Source: Promethearchaeota archaeon (GTDB lineage: Archaea; Asgardarchaeota; Thorarchaeia; Thorarchaeales; Thorarchaeaceae). Taken from it: DNA of 6,352 nt. Of this stretch, positions 1 to 6,348 are shown one piece after another. Where the stretch lies: assembly GCA_027031765.1 (NCBI GenBank), contig JALVPN010000042.1, positions 1 to 6,352 on the forward strand, in the 5' to 3' direction. The translations under genes were made by a program, and so were the position numbers. Below the pieces are notes generated by a model. The model saw nothing but the letters and a program-made list of their open reading frames with translations, made no database searches and was not told the DNA's origin. The first letter of the stretch is position 1. Each line of letters starts with the position of its first letter.

Positions 1-888
1 GCCGAGTACAGGCGGAGGGAGGCGGCAGCTGTCAGAGAAGAGGCGAAGAGCGAAATACTGCGGAACATCAAGAGGAGTGTCATCGTGGCGTTGGTCTTCA
101 CAGTCCCCGCACTCATCTTTGTCGTCGGGGTGATTGGCTTCTCGACTCGCAGTAGGGCGATGTTCTCGCTCATGTTCTTGTTCATGAGTCCAATCATTTC
201 ATTCATAGTGGCATTTGTTGTGACTCAATTCCTGTCTAGAGGCCATGGGGCCGGTTCTGACGCTGACCACCAAGAGGAAACATATCGTTCGGGGTTGGAC
301 GAAGAGATAGAGGAGCTCATCAGGCGTAGCTCGGTCGGAGGAGCAATGTCGGTGAGGACAGCCCGCGCTGAAGACGGTGTGGAGTATCTTGTCGTCTTCG
401 ACTCGCCCAGTCCCTCGACAGACACAAGACTGCTGACACTGGTCCCGCATATCGCGGAACTCTTGGGAAGTGCTGATATGCTGGCCCCGTACATCCTCTA
501 CGAGACTCGCCGACAGGCCATAGTATCACGTTACGAGCGACTCATATGGGCCCTCACACTTGGTTCCACGGTCTTGTTTATCATATTCCTGCTGGCCGGT
601 CTTGCCAGCGGATCCCCACTGGACATAGTCCAGACACTGATGATATTCCTCGTGTGTTCTTTCGCTACCCTCTCTCTGAACCATCTCTGGTTCCGTCACA
701 CTACTTTTGAGCTGGACGTCAGGCTGGCGAGGGAGTTTCCAAGGTACATCGAGATGCTGCACAGACTGTACGAGGACGGATATGAAACGCCGTACATGGG
801 ATATCCTCTAAGAAAGAGATTCGAATATCTTAGTCGCAGAGGCTACGAGTCAGCAAGTGTGGGGTCGCCACCTTCCCCTGACTCTTAG
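1..888 (+). CDS. 5'-partial multi-pass membrane protein; probable catalytically inactive M48 (HtpX/Ste24-like) peptidase homolog
   Basis: Frame 1 is open from base 1 (AEYRRREAAAVREEAKSEILRNIKRSVIVALVF...), so the GTG at 85 is probably not the real start. It ends at TAG 886-888, followed directly by TGA. There are about 4 hydrophobic segments. The order of segments mirrors M48 peptidases: LLTLVPHIAELL...LAPYILYETRRQ (HExxH position), two TMs, RHTTFELDVRL (ExxAD position), IEMLHRL, GYPLRKRFEYL (HP..R position). The CDS is well supported; the family assignment is by-eye only. Confidence 0.75.
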   Translation, partial: AEYRRREAAAVREEAKSEILRNIKRSVIVALVFTVPALIFVVGVIGFSTRSRAMFSLMFLFMSPIISFIVAFVVTQFLSRGHGAGSDADHQEETYRSGLDEEIEELIRRSSVGGAMSVRTARAEDGVEYLVVFDSPSPSTDTRLLTLVPHIAELLGSADMLAPYILYETRRQAIVSRYERLIWALTLGSTVLFIIFLLAGLASGSPLDIVQTLMIFLVCSFATLSLNHLWFRHTTFELDVRLAREFPRYIEMLHRLYEDGYETPYMGYPLRKRFEYLSRRGYESASVGSPPSPDS

Positions 889-1027
889 TGAGCTGTCACG
901 TGGACTACCCAGAAACTATCACTGGGGGCCACGACTGAGAGGGGCGCCGGGGGGCAACACCGCGACCGCAAGCAGTGCGGTTCCAACTCTCAAGAGGGGG
1001 CGATGGTGATGTCAGCCGACCGACCAG

Positions 1028-1066
1028 CTCCCTGTGCGTACTCCCTGTACGCACTCCCTGCACGAC
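1028..1066. repeat. Imperfect 13-bp tandem repeat x3
   Basis: ctccctgtgcgta / ctccctgtacgca / ctccctgcacgac at 1028-1040, 1041-1053 and 1054-1066. Confidence 0.85.
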
Positions 1067-1650
1067 GCACCATTCACAAGCTAGTCCTAGCATCTTAACT
1101 CCGGCTATCTCCGCTGCGTCATCATAGTCAACAACCACCCCCTCTGCGACTTCTACGCTGCCCAAGTTTCTCTTCGCTGATCCGAGAATACGTCGCGTCT
1201 GCAACTCTGTCATATTCTGCACGCATCTCTTACACAACTGCCTTTCTAGTACAGGGGGTCTTCTCATGCATCAATGCAGAGAACAGAACAAGCTGTTTCA
1301 TTTCAACGGCTCTGTGTGAGAAGTCTGAGGGAGCAGTCCTTTCAGCTCAATAGTGGGAGTCAGTGATTGGACTGGATCCCCATATCAAGAATGTGACCAA
1401 TACTTGCAGTGCCAACCGACTTTCCACACAACACTCATCAACAAAGAAACAAGAATGTGACTCTGAAGGATAGACTCGTTTTCGCCTGGTCCTCCTGTTA
1501 CCACAGGAGTGCCTAGTTCTTGCATCTCGTTATCCTCCATAGTGTCGGTTGTAGTGGTGTGCGGTAGCAAGACCAAATATGACTGGGAGTACAGCCAATC
1601 TGCTGGCTCTTGAAGGTCTACACATAGTATGCAGAGCATCAAGCACCATT

Positions 1651-1667
1651 GAGGTATTGTCGCACTC
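1651..1667. repeat. Dispersed direct repeat shared with 3441-3457 (encodes ECDNxS on the minus strand)
   Basis: gaggtattgtcgcactc (1651-1667) vs gaggcattgtcgcactc (3441-3457), 16/17 identical. Confidence 0.85.
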
Positions 1668-1973
1668 CGCTATCGGACATACACTCTCCTGTCCGTCAAT
1701 GCTCAGATATGCCGTTCCGTGGCTACCCTGAAACGGATTCCACCACAACTCCCCTGCCTCGACAGAGGGGGAGGCCATGATTCCCTGACGGCTGCACACC
1801 ACTACCTCCATTCTGTGGGTAGGAACAGACGTTGGGCCAGCCCCTGGTGGTACCACCTCACACATCGTCCCGGTCCACCCCATGCACCGCCCCGTGGACA
1901 GGCATCACGGTCTCTCCCGCCCATCGTCCAGGCCGTAGTTGATATGCTCTGCCGTCTGCTGGGCCCTGAAGAG

Positions 1974-2543
1974 TCAGACGCTAGACGGGCCATGCTCCTC
2001 AATGTCCTCTTCATCATCTGCCAGACTCAAGGCATCATTTTCGAGGTATTCTACAAGTGATCCAAGAGGGCTAGCAGAACTGTAGCAGACGCTCGCGACA
2101 ATGAAGAATGTTATTAGTATCGGGACGCCGTCGACACCATATATTACGGCTACAAGCAGGACAGCAATTTGCAGTAGTATCCCTACAGTAGGTAGGACTA
2201 TCCCCAACAACAGTACGGTCCTTGATGTCTGCTTGTCCTGCCATATCAAGACGCGCTCTCCTCTTTCCCTGGCATCTCTCCAGAGCTGAGGGACAAAGGT
2301 GTCGTACAGATACGAAACCGGCAGTGTGGAGAGTAGCAGTCCTCCGTACCATACTGCAATAATCGAAAAGAGTAGGAACACATAGAAGAATGCTTGAGCG
2401 TCACGGGTCAGAATCAGCCAGCCGAAGGGGAGAAAAATAGCATATATTACTGCACATGATACCAGGTCTTTGACATGACCCTTTCGACCTGCGCGTCCGC
2501 TCAGACCAGCACCTTCTCCCTCACCATCAACAGCTCTGTCCAT
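1974..2543 (-). CDS. Hypothetical membrane protein (about 189 aa, about 4 TM, acidic C-terminal tail); candidate immunity/partner protein of the 2561-3706 cassette
   Basis: Open frame ending at TGA 1974-1976. The ATG at 2543 (MDRAVDGEG...) follows a GGTGGTG motif and lies 17 nt after the upstream TAG; an alternative ATG is at 2555. Four hydrophobic stretches are present, with tail LADDEEDIEEHGPSSV. The immunity role is inference from position. Confidence 0.8.
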   Translation of the reverse strand: MDRAVDGEGEGAGLSGRAGRKGHVKDLVSCAVIYAIFLPFGWLILTRDAQAFFYVFLLFSIIAVWYGGLLLSTLPVSYLYDTFVPQLWRDARERGERVLIWQDKQTSRTVLLLGIVLPTVGILLQIAVLLVAVIYGVDGVPILITFFIVASVCYSSASPLGSLVEYLENDALSLADDEEDIEEHGPSSV

Positions 2544-2546
2544 AAG

Positions 2547-2553
2547 CACCACC
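2547..2553 (-). promoter_or_regulatory. Putative Shine-Dalgarno site GGTGGTG for the ATG at 2543
   Basis: Minus strand reads catGGTGGTGcttATG; a near-identical context occurs at 4720-4737. Confidence 0.5.
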
Positions 2554-2560
2554 ATGTCCA

Positions 2561-3706
2561 CTAGACCCCACCGGTCCAGCACTCATAAAGCCACCACCCA
2601 GCCCCTATGAACAGTGCAACGGCAATACCAACTACTACAATGAATGCGCACTTTGTGTACCTCAGGCATTCCTTTAACCACCCAAGCTGTGGTATTCTTT
2701 GTGCCACCTTGTGTGCTTCTAGTGCAATGGATCGTGAGGACGACCTGCGGAGACCAAGTGCGGCACCCGCCCATATGATCCCAGTGCCGACGAGGAAAAG
2801 AAAGGCCTTGAAGCTGCTCCACTTACCATTTTCGACCATGTGCCATGCACAGATAAGTGGCAGTGATACAGCCAGCAGTGCCTGGAGGGTCAGTGCAGCA
2901 GCTGCCAAGGTAGTGGCAACAGCATTGCCAGTATTGACGGCCCACTCCAGAGCCCCCGCAGCAAACGTAGTCCCGGCAACCAGAGCGGGCGTAATCACTT
3001 GTTGAATACAGACCTCCACCAGTTCGTCAATGTCATCTTCTGTGAGTCCCGGGCCACCATCCATGGTGAAGGACAGACACTCGGTCGCACCAAAGAGGTT
3101 CCTTGCAATATGGCCCTAGACTGACAGTGCAGAGTCAGGCTGACCTGTATATGCAGAAAGGTCAATCGCATAGGAGAATACGACATGGAGCAGAGGCCAC
3201 GGGCCGGTCCAGTAGACCTCGATGCGCGTCATAGCATCCGTCAGGAGCTCGTCACTCTGCAAGAAATCATCACTCGTAAGACTGCCCGTCCCATCATACG
3301 CCACCGGCTCCTCCGGGTCTGGTGCTGTCGGGTCGTGCCGCGTCAGGTCCGCCACCACCCTGATGTCGTGGACCCGCATCCCCACCAGCTCGGGACTGGA
3401 GTACCTGTAGCCTAGGACTGCCACGTACTTGACCACCCGGGAGGCATTGTCGCACTCGCCCAGCGGGTATGGTGCGTCCTCCCCACCGGTACTGGCGTAT
3501 ACCGCACCTTGTACTGCGTCGTCGTGCGCCCCGTCAAACTCGCCCCACCAGGACCTGACCGTCTTCTGGAAAAAGGACGTGTAGCTGTAGCCGGACCACT
3601 TGCGGCAAGGCGACCCGCTGTCCTGTGGGTAGAAGTACGCAAAGACGTAGCCCTTCCTGGCGTTGGACCATGAGTCACCAAACACCACCATCACTACCCG
3701 TCGCAT
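2561..3706 (-). pseudogene. Second paralogous cassette: conserved N-terminal part plus hydrophobic C-terminal domain, interrupted by one in-frame TAG (3116-3118)
   Basis: ORFs 3116..3706 and 2561..3064 are in the same frame, separated only by TAG plus 17 sense codons (GHIARNLFGATECLSFT). The joined product is about 381 aa and is colinear with the 4719-5899 cassette (KYVAVLGYR..VVADLTRHDPTAPDPEE; GPWPLL; four C-terminal Ala/Gly-rich hydrophobic segments). The frame is closed by TGA 22 codons upstream of 3706, and there is no well-spaced RBS. Confidence 0.75.
3312..3359. repeat. 48-bp dispersed direct repeat, copy 1 (encodes VVADLTRHDPxxPDP on the minus strand)
   Basis: 41/48 identical to 5542-5589; offset 2230 bp. 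Confidence 0.9.
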
Positions 3707-3750
3707 CTCCTCGTCGCTCTGTACTCCAGGAGTATATCTCCGTGGGGGTT

Positions 3751-3975
3751 TCAGATACGTGAGATGTCAAGGCACTCAGAGCCCAAGAGTCCTGGTGGCT
3801 GGGACCCGGGGCCCTTCAATCCCTTCTCAGTTTGCCCATTTGTCTTCCCCGCCCATCCCAGAGTTACATAGAAGACCAAGGGCGCCACAAGAGGAAAGAC
3901 AACACCTATGGCGGACAGTCCAGGCAGGCAGTGCAACATCGTCTTGCATGTTCTTCTTCTCAACAGGACCAGCAC
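3751..3975 (-). other. Short ORF with one hydrophobic segment; possible remnant of a membrane-protein gene
   Basis: LPGLSAIGVVFPLVAPLVFYVTLGW is TM-like. There is no convincing RBS, and two in-frame stops lie directly upstream. It may be a pseudogene fragment or spurious. Confidence 0.3.
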
Positions 3976-4035
3976 TCAACTTCAAGACGCCCTTTCACCT
4001 GTGCCTGTGCCCGGCCATGCGGTCAGGATTGTGGA

Positions 4036-4722
4036 CTACCACGTCACTCCAAAGCGTTCTCTCAGTTGTTCCTGTGCCGCACTTGCAAGAATGTCTGCAA
4101 GGCCTTCAGTCCCACCACCGTCTTCATCGCTCGCTTCCACTTCGACTTCTTTTCCGGCATACATCCGAAGAACCCCTTCCACAACTGCTCGGGGTCTTCC
4201 AGCAGGGCCCAGGAGAAAGTCAATGAACTTCTTGAAGAAGAGGACGGGATTCCTGGAGTGACGCATCACTCTACACAGAACAGTCAGATCGGTCTGTATT
4301 CGGGACTGGGGGTCTGCAACCCCTTCCTTCATCGCTCTCTGTCGAGTCTTCTCAAGGCGGTCTTTCAGTCGCAGACCATTGTAATATCGCCCTTGACAAC
4401 AGACATTGACGAAACCGGCAGCGAAAGGCATTGTCATGGCACCCCTTAGACCGACCAGTGGATAACTACTAATCCCGGCAAAGGCCATTCCAACAAGGTA
4501 GAGAATATTGACCGTAGCTTCTAGGAGCACCGGGTGGGTCAAGAAGAGTCGGAAAGCAGACGTATCCCATCGACTACCTGGAACAACTGGACGGGACTGC
4601 TCAACTATCTCGTGAATAGTGAGTTCAATGGACATGGCCAATGCCGAAAAGAGTGCGGAGAAAAAGGCTGCACCTACAATGAGAATGAAACCCACGAACT
4701 TTTCAGAGAAGATGGCCATCAT
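4036..4722 (-). CDS. Hypothetical membrane-anchored protein (about 228 aa, 2-3 N-terminal TM, soluble C-terminal part with acidic patch); candidate partner of the 4719-5899 cassette
   Basis: The ATG at 4722 overlaps the upstream TGA (ATGA, 4719-4722) and is preceded by GGTGGTGA, so it is preferred over the ORF-track start at 4812. Sequence runs MMAIFSEKFVGFILIVGAAFFSALF... to EVEVEASDEDGGG...RFGVTW, ending at TAG 4036-4038. Confidence 0.75.
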   Translation of the reverse strand: MMAIFSEKFVGFILIVGAAFFSALFSALAMSIELTIHEIVEQSRPVVPGSRWDTSAFRLFLTHPVLLEATVNILYLVGMAFAGISSYPLVGLRGAMTMPFAAGFVNVCCQGRYYNGLRLKDRLEKTRQRAMKEGVADPQSRIQTDLTVLCRVMRHSRNPVLFFKKFIDFLLGPAGRPRAVVEGVLRMYAGKEVEVEASDEDGGGTEGLADILASAAQEQLRERFGVTW

Positions 4723-4726
4723 AAAG

Positions 4727-4734
4727 TCACCACC
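4727..4734 (-). promoter_or_regulatory. Putative Shine-Dalgarno site GGTGGTGA for ATG 4722/4719
   Basis: Minus strand reads catGGTGGTGActttATGATG; complementary to the conserved 16S rRNA 3' end (UCACC). Confidence 0.55.
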
Positions 4735-5541
4735 ATGCCAGCTGGTATTAGTAATAAACGTTGCACGGGGCAAGAAGCTACTGTGCCCAGCAGAAAACTG
4801 AGGGTCGCCCAACTGAAACGTGGGTCACTTAGACATAGGAGGTCGGAAGTGTCGATAGCAATATGGGAACCAGACATACTGGCTAGCACTTCATAAATGC
4901 GTATTAGTCTAGGAATTAGTTTGGAAGCGATTGATCCAGCGACTGATGCAAGTTTTCCAGAAAGCAACGCTAAAAGTGCGCTGATAGCTCCACCCAACAC
5001 CATTAACCAGACAACTCCTGCCTCAGGATATCCGAAAATCTCGATAGCTGTTGCTGTAAGAGAGTATGCAGTCGCTACAAATGTGCAGGTTAAGACTGTA
5101 GCTGCAACAGCAGCTGCAACCAATGCAGCCCTTGAAACGTCAGCAAACATGAGCGTATCTACAGATACCCATCCGGCCAAGGCAAAGTCCATGAAGACGG
5201 TTATCAGAACGAAGTTAACAACGTTCTCGTACATCTCAGCAATAAGCGCATTGATATATTCTACTTTGTCACCTGTAGAGCCAATCAGGTTGAAAAGCCA
5301 ATCTTCCACTATACAAGTATAGACTGTAATCACTTTCAACAGATCGATACCCAAATGAAGCAGGACGCCAGTCGTGTCAACAGGGTTGAGGACTTGCAGG
5401 TTGAGCACTGGCCAACCAATATTGAGAGTCCAGAACATCTTGACAAGTTGACCTGTTGCATCAGCAATGGCAGCACCAGCTCGTGCTTGCTCTTCTGAAG
5501 AGACTGCTCCTCCGCGTGTCCCATCGGACTCCTCTCGCTCA

Positions 5542-5589
5542 TCCGGGTCTGGCTCATCCGGGTCGTGTCGTGTCAGGTCCGCCACCACC
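5542..5589. repeat. 48-bp dispersed direct repeat, copy 2
   Basis: 41/48 identical to 3312-3359. A flanking second match is tgccacgtacctga (5648-5661) vs tgccacgtacttga (3419-3432). Confidence 0.9.
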
Positions 5590-5892
5590 TTCATGTTGTC
5601 GGCTCCCATCTCAAGGGGGGACAGGAGTAGGCCCTGTGACCGAGCAGTGCCACGTACCTGATGCCACACGACGCACTGGCAGCGTAAGCCAGCGGACAGG
5701 ATGACCCCGGGCCGTCGGTGCTGGCAGGAAAAAGGGCCGTCCTGAGGGTGGGGACAGTCGTCGGGGGCATCCACCTGGGCACTGTCCCAGTGTACCACCA
5801 CTGGCACCCGTGTCCGACTGTCAGGCAGGACTGCCTGTCCTCTTCCGCTCGCCGGGCGACCGTGCACTCCCAGTCGTCTGTGACTCGCCCGG

Positions 5893-6348
5893 TCAGCACA
5901 GTGGTGGACCTGAACTCTCCCCCGAATCAGTCCATTCCCCGTCATCTCCTTCTTCAGTCCACTCCTCCTGGACCTTCCACTCCTCCTGGACCTCATGGGC
6001 CACACGGCTCTCAATTGTGGGATATCTGTAGAGCATAAGCCATTGGCGAATGCCTGTGAAGGGGAGGGGGTAGAACAACAGAAAACCTAGGGTCGTGCCA
6101 ATCTTGAGGCCAATATTAATCTCTGCCATCCACGGCCAGGCCAGTAGGAGCAGCCCATCCACGACATATAGGATGTCCACAAGACAGTCATAGGCCCGCT
6201 GATGGGTGAGATACATCTTTACTCGCCAACCGACCTGGTCCTCGGAAAGGCCCTCCCCGGCCGGGCCCGTCCCTGAGACCGACCGTCCCCCCTCAGAGAT
6301 ATCGGCCTCATCGATGGGACGAGCACCGGAGATATCGGCCTCATCCAT
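5893..6348 (-). CDS. Hypothetical small membrane protein (about 151 aa, 2 TM, acidic tail); possibly 5'-partial
   Basis: Open frame with two hydrophobic segments (LVDILYVVDGLLLLAWPW; IGTTLGFLLFYPLPFTGI) and an acidic tail EEWTEEGDDGEWTDSGES, ending at TGA 5893-5895. The ATG at 6348 lies inside a repeat unit and the frame is open to the window edge, so the start is uncertain. Confidence 0.7.
   Translation of the reverse strand: MDEADISGARPIDEADISEGGRSVSGTGPAGEGLSEDQVGWRVKMYLTHQRAYDCLVDILYVVDGLLLLAWPWMAEINIGLKIGTTLGFLLFYPLPFTGIRQWLMLYRYPTIESRVAHEVQEEWKVQEEWTEEGDDGEWTDSGESSGPPLC
5958..5993. repeat. Perfect 18-bp tandem duplication (VQEEWK/VQEEWT)
   Basis: tccactcctcctggacct at 5958-5975 and 5976-5993; frame-preserving. 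Confidence 0.95.

Larger units (their letters stand above)
905..1883 (-). pseudogene. Heavily degraded third paralogous cassette (multiple frameshifts/stops); boundaries approximate
   Basis: Fragments in different minus frames match the 2561-3706 cassette in colinear order. SYPQNGGS matches FYPQDSGS (shared ctgtgggtag at 1813-1822 and 3623-3632). WWNPFQGSH-GTAYLSIDGQESVCPIAECDNTS matches WWGEFDGAHDDAVQGAVYASTGGEDAPYPLGECDNAS. Weaker matches: ILQS..VVWKVGW / LQVL, AKRNLGS vs IARNLFG, LACEWCV vs GALEWAV, TALLAVAVLP vs QALLAVSLP. This explains ORF-track entries 1530..1883, 1385..1642 and 905..1267. Confidence 0.7.
4719..5899 (-). pseudogene. First paralogous cassette: conserved N-terminal part plus hydrophobic C-terminal domain, frameshifted at or near the G6 run 5615-5620
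   Basis: ORF 5591..5899 (ASTDGPGSSCPLAYAASASCGIRYVALLGHRAYS) matches cassette 2 (ASTGGEDAPYPLGECDNASRVVKYVAVLGYRYS). Homology then continues in the frame of ORF 4719..6014 (KVVADLTRHDPDEPDPDE...GWPVL...). The YVA-to-VVADL distance is 59 nt here vs 60 nt in cassette 2, so adding one base restores both frame and length (about 393 aa). The N-terminal ~130 aa of ORF 4719..6014 are therefore probably out of frame. A further shift near 5730-5770 (DAPDD vs GAHDD) is possible. Confidence 0.75.

Noticed and set aside
199-762. Minus-strand ORFs 199..450, 225..494, 320..529, 526..762
   Set aside because: They are shadows of the plus-strand membrane-protein gene.
905-1267. ILGSAKRNLGSVEVAEGVVVDYDDAA superficially resembles a HEPN-domain N-terminus
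   Set aside because: There is no RxxxxH motif, and the segment is better explained as part of cassette3 (RNL.G and EW.V match cassette2 in the expected order).
1719-3415. Plus-strand ORFs 1719..2060, 2101..2289, 2607..3005, 3185..3415
   Set aside because: They are antisense to the supported minus-strand array and have low-information composition.
900-4040. 10-bp match gtggactacc at 900-909 and 4031-4040, both at minus-strand ORF ends
   Set aside because: Multiple 10-mer matches are expected by chance in 6.3 kb, and the match does not extend.
4711-4720. Perfect palindrome gatggccatc at the partner1 start, and short hairpin caggcag-ga-ctgcctg near 5822-5837
   Set aside because: Too short, within coding sequence and without a U-tract; not distinguishable from chance.
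3312-5589. Dispersed repeats as a CRISPR array, DGR template/variable repeats or IS terminal repeats
   Set aside because: The spacing is kilobases, mismatches are not confined to adenines, the repeats are direct and coding, and no reverse transcriptase, Cas or transposase ORF is visible.
3663-5704. Plus-strand ORFs 3663..4226, 3832..4449, 3908..4261, 4534..4896, 4897..5322, 5456..5704
   Set aside because: They are antisense shadows of better-supported minus-strand genes, with no recognisable motifs.
5621-6014. N-terminal ~130 aa of the 431-aa ORF 4719..6014 as real protein
   Set aside because: It is Arg/Ser/Gly-rich, overlaps partner0 on the same strand, and paralog homology lies mostly in the 5591..5899 frame.
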